64,000 nt of DNA from Octopus sinensis. Lineage: Eukaryota. The notes below the pieces were generated by a model. That model saw nothing but the letters and a program-made list of their open reading frames with translations. It was not told the origin of the DNA and made no database searches. This document shows, piece by piece, positions 47,297-61,294 of this stretch. The translations under genes and the position numbers were made by a program. The stretch covers positions 74,090,001-74,154,000 of the forward strand of contig NC_043000.1 of the NCBI RefSeq assembly GCF_006345805.1, in the 5' to 3' direction. How positions within the stretch are numbered: position 1 is the stretch's first letter; every line of letters starts with the position of its first letter.

Positions 47297-50200
47297 ATGA
47301 TATACTGCGGTGAGTTATTTATCTGTCTGTTTTTTAATATTTTGAGAACGAATCTGTAAGTGTTGAACTTTTGTTGAAAATTGCTGTTTGAACTTTGAAC
47401 GTCTGGTGTTTAACCAGAAAAATATTGTTATTCCCCTCCGTAAGGAGGGGAAAGTGCTGTGCGTTGTAGCATAACATAACACAAAAAACAAAAAAAAAAT
47501 TTTTGAAAATGAACAAAGAAAATATTTTGTCTGAAAAAATGTTTGAAACACTATCTGACGAAGGTTCGCCTTCTAGAGAAACTGTAGTAGGTTCGCCTAC
47601 ATTGAAAGTTGTTAAAAGTTCGTCTTTAAAAGAAACTGTAATAGACTCGCCCAAATTGAAAGTTGTTGAAGGTCCGCCTTCTGGTAAAGCTGTGAAAACA
47701 GCCAAAGTTGCTGAAGGTTCGCTTTCTGGTGAAGCTGTGAAAACAGACAAAGTTAGTGAAGGTTCGCCTTCCAAAGGAAAAAGTGAAACAAAAACTTACA
47801 TCTTCGCAGCCGCCGCTGGAAGAAAAACTGAAGAAATCAAAATGGAAGAGATCGATTTCGAAAATTATAAAACTATGTTCACAAGGGAGAGGAACAATAT
47901 AAAAGCAACCCTCCCACAAGAAATTAAAGACAGTACTCTAAAAAGAATAATAATATATAAATCATATATTATAAAAGAAAAGAAAATTGAGAAAGTGTCG
48001 AAGGAACAGGCGGAAAAATGCCTTCAACCAATATGGCGCGATGTAGACTACGTGAGGTGGGGGAAAAAGTACGCCACAATAGCGGTGTACTTCAAAGAGG
48101 AAGAAATGGCTAAAAAGCATTCACTAACCCCGATCAAAACCAGCGACATAATCCTTCTACCTTCATATCTGGGGCGAAGAACATCCAAAATACGGATAGA
48201 AGATATTCCCCCAGAAATAGAATTGAAGTGGTTATTTTCAGCCCTATTAATAGGGCTGGAAAAGAAAATAAATGTAATAAACATCACTAAGATCCAAAAA
48301 GAAAACTGGAGAGGCTAGACGCTGCAAATAACAGTACAGGCGGCCCCAGAAACTCTGGAAGAGGTCCCGGAGAACATCAATTTCGACGAGGAAATAAACT
48401 TGCGGGTGGTGGTGGAGGGGCGAAAGCCGAGATGCTACGACTGTGGCGAAAAGGGCCACATCCGTGTGGAATGCCCCACCCGCAAGAAAGAGGAAGATAA
48501 AAGAAGGGCAGAAGAAGAGCAAAGAGACGGAGGGAACAAAACAAAAGGAAGATGAAAATGCCTTCACGCTGGTGAGGCAAAAGAAAACACCCAAAAGAAA
48601 GAACGATGACGTAAACCCACCCATCCCATGTACAAACAAAAAGAAAACAAACACACAGGGGGAAAATCTACCCCACCCAACCACAAAAAAAAGAAAAAAA
48701 GAGAAGACCCCCAGCCCAACCCGAACCACCCCCACCCCCCAGTGCCGAGCAATTCCCTTCCCTCCCAAACTACTCCCCGTGTTCCCCCCATCATACTCCC
48801 CGCTGTCCTCCCCATCACCCCCACAAAGCCCCAAAAAAGAAAATAATAGAAATCGAGACAGTATTCGTCTCTATAAACAAAGCAAATGACAGGTTAACAA
48901 AACAAATAGACGATATATCAACGGCACACAAAATCCAGACACATAGGGTACTCCCCAAAAATGTCGATGTTTACAAAATGGACAGGATGAATTTTAATAT
49001 TATAAGAGAGGAGTGACCGGGGGACATTAATGGTCCGCGACTCGACCTTCACGAGCGGACTTCCCCCCATGACCAACAGAAAAGAAAAACAACTAAAAGG
49101 TAGGTGATGTCTCGTATATATGTAGGGTGTATAAATGTACGTGGCCTGATGTCGAACTGGAAGCAAGGGCGCCTCCTAAATGACATCAGGTCACGAGATT
49201 TAGATGTTGTTGCCACAGAAACCTGATTAAAGGGGCAAAGAGATATGCTCCCGCTGCTCGGCGGTTACGAGGGAATTATCTCTCCAAGCCGTTCGTCCGG
49301 CGGAAGCGGTGTGTTGGTCCAGTGTAAAAAGAACCGGGTTTCTGAGAAAAAGTTGATTTTTTCAGATCCAGAAGGTAGACTGGTCGTCGTTGATTTGACG
49401 TTCAGTAGTCGTAAGACAATCAGGCTGGTTGCGATTTACGCACCCCACAGTCAAGGGGAACAAAGTGATTATTTTCGGAACCTTGGAAAGTTTCTGAGTA
49501 CATCGCACCCCTTAGTAATTTTAGGAGACTTCAACACAATCTGCGATGCGCGGGTAGACTGTGAGGGCTCGCGTACAGATAGGAAGGAAATGCTTGCTTC
49601 CAGGATTTACTAAGACGTTTCGAGCTGGTAGATCCATATAGACTGGAACATCCGAACGCTCCATTGTGGACATGGTCAAGCAGCGACGGATCTTCCAAGT
49701 CATACATAGACAGGATACTAATTAGAAAAGTGGATAGAAAACTAGCTAAGAGTCCACAGCTCCACATGGTCAGCTCCAGTGACCACAAGATGGTCACCTG
49801 TAGGCTAGACATAGATAAGACGAATAGAGGTCCTGGTTACTGGAAATTTAATACGTCCCTTTTGGCGATTAAGGAGTACAGTGACAGGATTAGGTTAATG
49901 ATTCAGAGGGCCATGACCGGATCCATTATTAACGACAAATAGTGGTATTCCCTCAAGCGAGCCATCAGATACGAGTCTATTAGGTATAGTATAGATCTAG
50001 TAGCTAGAGAGGCTAGAAAGGAATCAGCACTAGTTAAGGACTTAGAGGAAGCAATGCGAACTGGCACTGCGGCTCAGGTGAAGGTCAAGAGGCTGGTTTT
50101 AAACCAGCACTTCGAAGCCAAACACATGGGTTGCATTGTCAGGGTTAGACAACTTGCAATGGGGAGCGAAGGAATCAAGGCCGCAGGATGGGCCCGACTG

Positions 50201-52706
50201 GTGGAAGCCCAACGTGGCAACGATGCTACAATTCGATCTTTGACGAACCAACAGGGTAAGTTGATAGACGAGCCCGAGGAGATGTGCGAGGCTTTTCAGG
50301 ACCACTTCGCCCAGCTCTTAGGGGGGAGTGGCGGACCGGATTGGAGGAGGGGCCTAACGGACCTCCTCGACGAGCTTCCGCGCCTCTCAGAGCGGGACGC
50401 GAAGTGTAGTGAGGAGCGGATCACGCCTGGGAAAGTAATAGAGGCCATGGCTAACTGCGGTGCAGGTAAGGCGCCGGAACTGGATTGTCTACCCTACGAG
50501 CTTTACAAGAGTATGCCGGACTTGTTCGGGGACTTACTGGCGAACGTCTACGCGAACTGGCAACGGAATGGGTTTATTCCCAGATCTGTGCGTCGGGGAG
50601 TGGTGACACTAGTCAGGAAGGACCAAAACAAGGGGTATGTCATTGATAATTTTAGGCCCATCACTCTGCTTAATGCGGAGCTGAACATTTTGGCCGAAGT
50701 GTTATCGAACAGATTGGCGCATGTCGCGGATGGACTAATAGGGAAGGCACAAACGTGTGCCGTACTAGGCAGGTCCATTCAGGATAATCTCCATCTAATT
50801 AGATACACTATAGAGGGAATTAATAGTGATCCCGGCAAGGGAGGGGCAGTGGTCCATTTAGACCAATCAAAAGCCTTCGATAGGGTCGACCATCATTACC
50901 TGGTGTCCGTTCTGGCTCAGTTCGGTCTGGGTCTTGGCTTCCTCGGGTGGATCATTGAAATGTACGATAACGTCGACTCGGTAGTTCGGGTGAACGGCTT
51001 TATTTCTAAGCCGTTCAGAGTCAAATGCTCGGTTCGTCAAGGATGCCCACCCTCCCCGCTTTTGTATGTAGTGGCTATTGAGCCGCTACTGCGAAAGCTG
51101 AGTGGCATCCCGAGGCAGCCAGGTCGTGGAAAGTCGGTTTCGGCGTACGCGGATGACATCACTATCATCGTGACCGAAGTTGACCTCCTACGTAAAGTAG
51201 GCAAGGCCATAGAGGTATACGAGACGGTGACAGGAGCAAAAGTTAATCGTGAAAAGTCAGTCGGCTTGCAGCTCGGCACCTGGAGAGGCAAGTCGATGCC
51301 TCCAGACAGCGTCGTGGGACGTTGGACGAGGGCCCGATTAAGTTGCTCGGGGTTTGGTTCGGATCAGACCTCCAAATAGAGAACTGAGGCGAGGTATCGA
51401 GCAGGGTGGCTGCAGTAGCCAAGACCTGGTCTTGGCGGTGGTTATCCCTGAAAGGAAGGGCGGAGGTAGCCAATGTGTTTATCGCATCGGTGATCACCTA
51501 CCGCCTTGCCGTCGTGCCTTGCCCGGATTCGTGGTTGACCAAGCTGGAAAGACAGCTCTTTCACTTCTTGTGGAAGGGCTCGAAACCACTTGTGAGACGC
51601 TCTATTTGTTGTCAAAAACCGTTAAAGGGTGGACCAGGGATGCCGTGGATAATGATGCGCAGAAATGCGCTGAGGTTAAGGCATCTGTGGCTCTATCTGG
51701 ATGGTGAACGGGTGTGGTCTCCGTTGGCGAAACAGATGTTTCCCAAGTTCACCAGTTTTGGTGGACGGGAAGCCTGGTATAATCGCAGATCGAAGTTGGG
51801 TTCATGGTACACGGAGTGTCGCAAGGCACTCCGACTATTCCGTCGCTCGGGCAATGCCTGCGGCAGTGGTTCTACCGCTGTTTTCTATAGAGGGTTTGTA
51901 GAGGCCGGTTGCGATGATACGTTAGAAGAAACCCTAAGTTTCGACGATAATCAGCTGGCCAGTCTGTTCCAACGTATATTCGGGCCGAGGACCCTTTTCA
52001 GAAGTCCTTGGCTTGGCAGTGTTACCGAGGAGCCTTAATTGTTCGGGACAAACTCTCAAGGCACGGTGGCCAAGTCAGCCCGACCTGTCCGAGGTGTGGG
52101 CAAGACAGGGAAACCGTCTTGCACGCGATCGTGCAGTGTTCGGAGGTGGCAGATATGTGAGTTTTTGCCGAACAACTGTTGTCAAGTGGAGGAGGAGTAC
52201 AGCTATCGACTGAATCCATTGTAAAAATCAGCCCACCGGATTTCTTAACGAAAGAAGGTAAGAATTGTTTTCTCTATGTGGTTTCAACTGCGAAACAGGT
52301 AGTATGGAAGACAAGGATGAAAGGAATGATAACAGGCGACTTCATCTCTGGTTCTAGTCTGGTGGAATATTTTAAATTCCACCTGAAAAGACAAATAGAA
52401 CTAGAGAGGAGGGGCCTGAGTAAGAAAGTGTTCAATGAAAGGCGGAAGAATGTTGTGAGTAAAAGGTCCCTCATGAATACGAGATAGGCCGAAAAGGAAA
52501 AAAGAGAAAAAAAACATAAGGTCAAGTGTCGTGGCGGGGTTCGTGGGGTCCGTAGACCCGCCCCATTGTCTAGTTGAATGTCTTGTCATCCGAAAATGTA
52601 TAATCATCATTAAATTTTTAACTGACGCCAAATGCATAATTATGTAAAAATCATTCGTGATTGTGTTGTCTGTATTTGTTGAACAGAAATGGTGAATAAA
52701 GAAAAA
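47297..52706 (+). mobile_element. Tx1-like family B, full-length, with 19-bp TSD
   Basis: ORF1 ~47503-49105 and ORF2 ~49107-52487, both disrupted. TSD gcagttggctttt(g/t)ggcac at 47278-47296 and 52707-52725. Confidence 0.92.
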
Positions 52707-53142
52707 GCAGTTGGCTTTTTGGCACTCGACTGATGTAAATCGTGTCCCTCTCGCCTGCCACGCTCGTCACTCACGCCGCCTCGAACCTTTGTACTGCTAT
52801 TTCACGCCTGAAATAAATCGCTGGATAAACTTACACCTCTTGTCTGCTCGTCACTTCAACTACTGTTTTCGTCTGTCCAGTTTTGCTGATTACGACCACA
52901 GTCCTTTTCAGGGCTAATTCAAGTCTGATCTGAATGCGATAACAGTCCTTTTTAGGACTACTCTCAGATCCGATCTAATTGCGATAACAGTCCTTTTTAG
53001 GACTACTCTCAGATCCGATCTAATTGCGATAACAGTCCTTTTTAGGACTATTCTTGGATCGGATCTAATTGCGATAACCGTCCTTTCAAGGGCTACCCTC
53101 AGATCAGACCAGAAGTAGTGGCCAAGAATCATACCCGCTACA
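52707..53142 (+). repeat. 3' LTR, 3' portion
   Basis: Matches 40815-41355. Confidence 0.92.
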
Positions 53143-53267
53143 CATATATACACACATATACATGCATAAGCAAAGTGTATATACTATGTACACGTGTAAA
53201 ATACATAAATAAACACAATTAAACAATAAGTTCAAGTAGATATATATACACATACATTGGAACATAT

Positions 53268-56200
53268 TGTTACGCCGCACGCAGGCCAACGATGCCACCA
53301 CGGGTCCTCACACAAACAGCTCGCAGTTTGCTAGCCCCGAGAAGCTCGCGTGCGACGACGCTCAGTAAAGCAGGAATTCACTCCGAATGGGGGGAGCAGC
53401 GAAACGCAGCCAGTAGAGCCAACAACAATAACAAAAATAACACACAGGCGTTGCGTTGTCAAAGTTTGTTTTTTTAACAAAACATTCAACAATTCTTAGG
53501 AAAGTTCTTTTTTGGTATCTTTTCCTTTTGATGGACGGAGTTTTCTATAAAATTCGAAGAATTAAACTACGTTAAACTTACAAATTACAATTTTGTTTTC
53601 AATTTTGTTTACAATAATGTTTTCTTTTGACACATTCTACCAGTATACGAAGTTTCAAATTGTTTAGTTAACTAGAAAATTCCGTCCATCAAAAGGAAAA
53701 GATCCCTTTTTTTTTCTTTCCTTAGTTCCTTAAAAAAACATTTAACATTTAACAACACAAAGTTCTTTTCCTTTTTCTTTTGTTTTAAACACAAAGTTCG
53801 TTTCTCAAAACATTTAGCACAGTCCTTTTTCTTTCTTTTCTTTTTTACTTTTCCCTTCTTTTAAAAGCAGTCAACAACTCAGTTCTTTTTTTCTTTCTTA
53901 ACGTCACAGGGTTTTTTCTTTCTTTTTTTTAAACATTCAACACCACAAAGTCTTCTCATCTTTACTAAAACATTTAACAACACAAAGTTTGTTCCCCTTA
54001 AAACACATTTACCGGTGACACTTTCTTCTTTCCTCAGCCCATGCGTAGCATCCTGCTACCTCCTTGCCAGTCGTTCAGTTTTCCACTCGTTCCATTGCCA
54101 GGCGTTCCGTTCCGGTCTCCCTCTCCAACTGTCCCTCGCACCTCAGCGACACCCGGATATACGAAGCCCTCCAGCCATTGGCAAAAAGGGAGATAATGCT
54201 TCTTTCATTTGTCTTCATTTTTTTTCAAGCGTTCGTATCACTACCCCTTCTCTAGAGTTTTGTCGTCGCGACAAAAGCACACAACATTTGTAACTCCTGA
54301 CGACTTTCTTAACAGGTGGGCCCAACCCCTGAAGGCCTGCTCCAGCTGAACTGGCAAGACCCATGGTACTGCACAATTTTTGGAGAAGACCTCCTGCCTT
54401 CTCGAATCCGGTTCGTCACATCGGACAGGCGATTCATCACGGTGTAAAGTCCCTCCCATGGACTCTACAGCTTCGGAGACTGCTCTCTCTTCCGCCGGGT
54501 GTTATGAAACCACACTTCATCACCCTCCTTAAAGTCGACCTCACTAGCCCTGGTGTCATGCCAATGCTTCATCACCTCACCCAAAAATTTCAGAGCCTCT
54601 TTAACTTGGTGTACCTCAGACAGCGTCTCTTGCAGATGTTTCACATAGCTGGAGGTTTCCCTGGGTAGCTCCTTCCGCGGTGGTCTTCCCATCAACAGAT
54701 CAACTGTGAGCTTTACTTCATGGCCCAACATCAGCTTTGCAGGTGTATAGCCGGTGGTCTCCTGCTTCCTCGGTCCCTTCTTGGCGCAGCATACATCACA
54801 AGATCGACACCATTCCTGGACGTCCTGATGCATGCCTGTCCAATAGAATCTGTGCCGCAGCCGATTCAACGTTTTCTTTACCCCCAGATGTCCACTTGTA
54901 ATTTGGTTTTGAGCTTCTTCCAGCAGCTCGGGTCTCATCTTCTTGGGTATCACCAATTGCTAATACTTATTCAGGCCATTGGGTGTCTCCCAGCACCTCT
55001 CAAGCAGCCCGTCGTTCAGACGAAGAAGGTCCCACTGGCTCCAGTAGCTCTTAGTTTCAGGGTTGGACCTGGATACCTCCTGCCAAGATGGTTTGGCTGC
55101 TTCCTGCTGCAGCCACTCTGCTACTGGCCCCAAGTCGGTATCTTCCATCTGTCTCTTCTGTACTTTTCCAGTTGCTACATATCCAGTCACTGTAGTATTT
55201 TTGCACTTTTTACCGTGCTCTTCTCTTCCTGCACAATGCTTGCAGTCCGGTTCACAAGGACGACAACTCAAACTGTCAGCATTACCATGTACCCGCCCCG
55301 GACGGTGCTGTACCTCATAGTTGTGTTGGTCCAGTTTCCCTAGCCAGCATGCTAATTGTCCCTCCAGGTTCTGTAGTGTCCTCAGCCACTTGAGTGCCGC
55401 ATGGTCCGTTCTGATAGTAAAGTGGGAACCATACAGGTACGGATGGAAAAAGTCAACACTCTTCATCACCGCCAAAAGCTCCTTACGGGTTACACAGTAG
55501 TTTCACTCGGGTGGACTAAGCTTTTTACTGTAATATGCCACCACATATTCCTTGTCGCCCTTCCTCTGAGACAGTACTCCTCCAATACCATGGCTACTAG
55601 CATCACAGTCCAGTAAGAAAGGCTTGCTTAGGTCTGGATATGGCAACACCGGAGAACTCACTAGCACCTGTTTGAGTCCATCAAAAGCGCCCTGTGTCAT
55701 GGCAGTCCACTCAAACCTTTGGCTCTTCCCCAGTAGCTTGTGCAATGGTGCAGCCACTGTAGCAAAGTCTTTTACAAAGAGCCTGTAATAGGTACACAGT
55801 CCAAAGAAACTCAACTCCTTTACACAAGGAGGGACCAGCCAATCCTTCATGGCGGCCACCCTCTCTGGGTCAGTACGGACACCGTCTTCGCCCACAATGT
55901 GTCCCAGGTATCTTACTTCCTTCTGGAACAGACAGCACTTCTTTGCATTCAACTTGAAGTTTGCAGTTCAAAACCACTCAAATACCCCCGATAACCTCTC
56001 CAGTTCTTGATCAAATGTTCGACCAAACACTATGACGTCTTCAAAATAGATGAGGGCGGCCTGCCAGTGTAGGCCCTCCAGTACCCGGTCCATAAGACGC
56101 TCGAAAGTTGCAGGGGCGTTACACAAGCCGAATGGCATCACATTGAACTGCTACAAACCCGTCCGTACGAAGATACAGTCTTTTCCCTATCTTTTTCGGC

Positions 56201-56420
56201 AACCTTGATTTGATGGTATCTGGCTTTCATATCCAAGGTAGAGAACTACCGAGCCCCCACCAAAGCATCAAGCGTGTCATCAATTCTCGGCAGAGGATAT
56301 GCATCCTTAACTGTCACTTCATTGAGCGCTCTTTAATCTACGCAGCATCTCACTGTGCTGTCTTTCTTCTGCACAAAAACAATGGCTGATGACCAGGGGC
56401 TGTTCGACTTTTCCACTTGT
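53268..56420 (-). mobile_element. Second Gypsy element, 5'-truncated (3' LTR 53268-54240 plus pol remnant)
   Basis: Minus-strand PPT agagaaggggtag followed by TGATACG...CGTAACA. RT/RH (DCDAS, RTDHAAL) and integrase (GHLGVKKT, C..C) fragments. Confidence 0.82.
53514..53706. mobile_element. MITE with ~33-bp TIRs inserted in a T-run of the LTR
   Basis: ggtatcttttccttttgatggacggagttttcta at the left and tagaaaattccgtccatcaaaaggaaaagatccc at the right. Confidence 0.8.
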
Positions 56421-56799
56421 TATGCATTGTTTCATTCTTGATGGGATGATAGACAACTCAATGAAGGCATTGTTATTGTTTTACGTGTTTATTTTGCTTA
56501 ACCTGTTATGAACTGTCAATATACAGCAGAGTGATACACATATCCGCCTTTGACGCAGCTCATACTGTTTACTAACAAATAGTGCCAATAGTGAGGATGC
56601 ATTCATACATACGTATACCTACGTATACACATGGATATGAATGTGTAACATCCCTTCTTCTTGAAAAAAATAAAGGGGTCTTTTGACAGTGAAGAAAAAA
56701 TATAAGTAATCTCCCTTGCTCTAATGGATTGTCAGCACAAGGGTGGCAATCCTGCAGCAGAAACCATGAGATTATTCTGTCCACTCAAGTGGTTTTCTG

Positions 56800-59700
56800 C
56801 TTTGTAATCTAGCAGAATTAGTTATTTATCTTTTCTTTTTCTTTTTCTTTTCTCTTTAACGGTATCGAACCGGTGGTAGAATGTTCAATCTCAATCTGGT
56901 GGATCTTGTGCTCTGCACTGGTGTCTGAGGTGTGTTGTTGGGCTGCTGATGAGTGGTTGGTGCTCTTTGGGGTGATGATTCTGTGAATGTTGTCACTGAT
57001 GTGGCAGGTGTTGTACACGTTATCCTCGACAGCTTTGGTGTTGGGCGGATGTGGGCCCTATTGCGTCTCAGTTGCCTACCAGATTCTGTTTCTATTATAC
57101 ACTTGTGCTAGGATCCATGTTTCAGTTATGGGATCTTGAGTATGCATATGTTGACCTCCAAGTATCTCAGGTAAGTATTATGCATGTTTGTTGTAATATA
57201 TCTGTAATTGTTCTTGAGTGGCTGCTAGCTTTGCCCTTGTCTCTTCCTGGTCAATAGGAGGTTGAATCTTAGTTGGCAGGGTGGTTTTGTACTTCCTGCC
57301 ATTCAGCATTTCTGCTGGGGATTTCATGTCAGCCCTCAGTGGTGTCACTCGTAGGGACAGAAGTGCCAGGTGTGTGTCTTCCTTAGTCTCTCTGCATTTG
57401 ACTAGTGTTCTCTTCACTGTCTGCACCTGTCTTTCTATAAATCCATGACCTTTGGGGTAGTGTGGAGATGAAGTTGTAATATTGAACCCATACTCATCGG
57501 CTAGCTTTTTGAATTCTTGCAATGTGAACTGGGTTCTATTGTCACATATGATCTGCTCTGGTATTCATTGCTCTGCTAGAAGTCCTCGAGCCACTGTAGT
57601 GATTGTTTTGGCTCTCAGGTCTTTCACTTTTCTCACAAACGGAAATTTGTGAGTAGTAGCAGACCATTATCAAATACCATTCTTGGCTCTCTGTGAACAG
57701 ATCTACTCCAATAGCTTGCCATGGCCTTCTAGGGATATCACTGGATATCATTTCCTCCTTTTGTTGTGAATTTCTGTACTTTTGACAGATGTGGCATGTA
57801 GAAACTATATTTTCTATGTCTTTGTACATGCCTACCCAATATACAGCTGACTAGGCTCGGAGCTTGCATTTCTCCATTCCTAGATGCCCTTGGTGAATCT
57901 TGTCAAGAATCTCTTTTTGTATTGATTTAGGTATAATTATTCGGGATCCAGCCATCAGGATTCCATTCTCCACTGATATATCATCATGGATGAGTCCCAG
58001 GAAGCTCCTGAGTTCCTTCTTATCTTTGGGTTCTTTGATGTCTCTGATGGCTTCCACTTTAGCGGGGTCTGGTTTCACTCCCTCTGAAGAGTATATAATT
58101 CCAAAGAATTTGCACTCCTTTGCTTTTATCACATATTTGTCTGCATTGAGTTTGATACCTGCTTGTCAGGTTTTCTCCATGGCTTCATGTAAATTGAAGT
58201 CACGTGTGATTTCATCCTTGCCATGCACTTGGATGTCGTCTGCTATCCCAATTGCTCCCTTGCAGCCTTGGTAGGTCTCATCTATTTGGCGCTGGAAAAC
58301 ATCTTGGCTCACCTTCAATCCAAATGGGAGTCGGTTGAATCGGTATCTGCCAAATGGTGTGTTGAAGGTAGTGAGCATGGACGATTCTTTGTCTATCTCT
58401 ACATTCCAGTACCCATTACTGGCATCCAGTTTGCTGAATATCTTGGATCCAGCTAATGATGGTGTGATTTCTTTTTAATGCCTAGTTAAGATCCCTTGGG
58501 TCGAGGCATATCCGTAGGGTACCATTGGGTTTTTTTTTATTACAATTGAATTCACCCAGTCTGTTGGTCATGTCACTTTGGTGATTATTTCTTTTTTTTT
58601 CCATTCTGTCCAACTCTGCCTTCAGCTTCTCTTTTAGTTCTAGAGGAATGCGGCAAGGTGGGTGAACAATTGGTTTGGTATTGGGGTCGACTGTTATATG
58701 GTATCAACATTTCACAAAACACCCGACTGTATCGTCAAAGCATTCTGGGTACATGCTTATCAGTTCTTCTTTATTTGTGAATGGTGGTCGGTCTTTGAGA
58801 GGCATATCTCTGTCATTCCTGCTCGGAGCTGCCTTCACTTCATCATTGATTGACACAATATTAAGCTTTTGACAGGTATTAAGTCCAAGAACCGCTGGTC
58901 CTTCTATTCTTGTGACATAAAAAGAACACCTGGTTGTTTTTCCTTTGTGTGTCCCTGTGATTGTTGTTTTGCCCAGTTGTGGAATCCTGGTACCTCCGTA
59001 TGCAGTAATAATTACATCACTTGGTGTGAGGATTCCTTCTTTGACTTTATCCTCTTGTGTCATGTGTTCTGGGAACATCTTTTTGTTGAGGTTGACAGGC
59101 AAGATATCACTCTGGGCTCCAGTGTCAATCTTTAGCCTTAAGTCAATGTTTATTCGTTCCTTACCTGACTTCTTTTGTATTTGTTTAGTTGTGTATGCCT
59201 CATTTTTTTCTCTGGTTGTCATTTCCCATCTCATGCACATTTATTGTGCCAACTGCCAAGAATTCCTCCTCTGAGGTGTTTTGTTCCTATTGTTGGGCAT
59301 GTATATCTCTTTGTTTTCTCTTTCCGCTCATCTTTGAAAATTGGGGCTTGTATTTCTGAGATTTTGTTAGTCTACACATTTTTTCCCAGTGGTTGGGTTT
59401 TCCACATGCTTTGCAGTGTGTACTGAATGCAGGACATTTCTTCCGGTTATTGAACTCATGCTCTGTACCACAGTACTGGCATATTCTTTGTTTGCCGGGT
59501 ATGTTTCGTCCTATGTCTAGATACAATATCTACACTGCTGCCTAGTGCGCTTGTTTGTAAAGGAAGTGAGGTAATTTGTTTGGTAGTGGCTTCGAATGCT
59601 CTTGCAGTGTCTACTGCTTCTATTAACTGGAGAGCGTCCTTACCTATGAGGGATTTCTGGACTTCTTTATGAGCACACCCCCACATTAGTTGATCAACAA

Positions 59701-60030
59701 TCCTTTCATCCTTGTCTTTGAATTTGCATTTCTCGGCAACATTCTTTAGTCTGGACAAGAAGTTGTCAATCGTTTTTTGTGAGTCTTGTTTCAGGCCCTG
59801 GAATTCGTATCTATGAATTCTATGGTTTGATCTGGGCTCTAGGTGCCTTTCAAATTTCTCTAAAAATGTGTCTAGGTTATTGCAATCCGATTCTGACATG
59901 TCCTGGTTATTGAATAGGTCTAGGCCCTTCTCTCCCGTCCATAAAAGGATGTAGCTTACCTTTTAATCAGCAGTTGTACCTTTCAGGAAGCTTTTGAAAG
60001 CCAGTTGAGTTTTCTGTTTGAATTTCTTGT
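56800..60030 (-). mobile_element. Third Gypsy-type element, decayed gag-pol with no clear LTRs
   Basis: gag with C..CG..H and CKACGKPNHWEKMC, KIDTGA protease, RLPFGL/IADD RT, HQGHLG and SSPHYPKGHGFIER integrase. Confidence 0.85.
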
Positions 60031-61000
60031 TGATATTCCTCCATCACTTCCTCCATTTCCCATCGCTGAACTGGGGCCATCCTCTGAGCTGTCTTCTACA
60101 CCATGTGAAGCTAATCCCCTTCTATTTCGTCAAAGGCTTCAAGTAATATGTCCCTAAATCTATGTCCATTCGCAGGATCTTTAAGCTTCCTGACCCTTCT
60201 TCTCCATGTTGGTCATCTTCTGGTCGTCCTTAGTCCTGATCCTAAAGTCATTAACTACCAGTCTATGTTGTGGGGTTCATTCTTCGCCTGGGAAGGTTTT
60301 GGCATTTATAAGCAGCCATCTTTCCCTTTTCCTGGCAAGGATGTAGTCAATTTGGCTAGTATGTTGGCCCGATTGGTAGGTGACTAGGTGGCTGGTAGGT
60401 GTCCTGAAGTTAGTGTTGCAAACCATAAGATCATTTGCATCGCAGAACTCCAGCAGCCTGGTTCCCTCCTCATTGCAGGAACCATATCGTAGTTTCCATG
60501 TACACCTTGGAAGCCCCCAGAATGTTGTCCAACATGCCCATTGAAGTTACCAGCCACAAAGAGAAGGTCCCTGTCATTCGTCAATGAGGTAGTCTGCAGT
60601 AGGGTGTCATAGAATCGGTCTTTCTGTCCATTGGGTAGCCCCGGCTGAGGGGCATAGGCCGATATAATCATTGCTAATCCATGATGAAGCACTAATCTAA
60701 TCTTAAGTATTCTGTCGCATACTCTGACTACCTCGATTACCTTATCTACCCATTTTTCAGTGGAAAGTATACCCACGCCCCTGACTCCGTCAGTGTTCCC
60801 AGCCCAGAAAATCTTGTACCTGTGAGGAACCTAGCAGAACTTCCTCTCCACCTTATTTCTTGGATGCAGCACATATCAACACATCTCCGTTCAAGCATCT
60901 CCACAATCTCACCAGACCTACCTTTCAGTGTGCCAACGTTGAGGGTGTGGGAGGTATGGGCCCTAGAGACCCTGGGACGGGGAACAGTAACTTCATGTAC
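60030..61000 (-). mobile_element. RTE LINE 5' fragment (APE endonuclease)
   Basis: TLNVGTL, CIQEIRW, SAYAPQ, AGNFNGHVG. Confidence 0.85.
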
Positions 61001-61294
61001 CTGAAAAGAAAACTCGCATTTGGCAGAATTCATGAGCAAGCAATACAGTAGCCTTCAGTTCAACCTGAATAACACTACCCTTTCATATTTTGCACTATAT
61101 GATCATTACCTTACATAGGAGATAGCCCAAGACTGGGGTTGGGGATGGCGAAATAATTTTTGCAGTGTTCATGGGAGGCAACCCAGGGATATCAAAGGAT
61201 AAGAACTTCCGGTACAGGTGGAGGGGTGGGAGGGCAGGTGCACCTCTAACTAGGAAGAGGGTCTGCTAATCGTGGTTTAACGAGAGAGCACAAA

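Larger units (their letters stand above)
40629..53142 (+). mobile_element. Gypsy/Ty3 LTR retrotransposon provirus, with 3' LTR interrupted by two Tx1 copies
   Basis: TG...CA LTRs, 4-bp TSD CATA (40625-40628 and 53143-53146), gag-PR-RT-RH-IN order. Confidence 0.93.
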
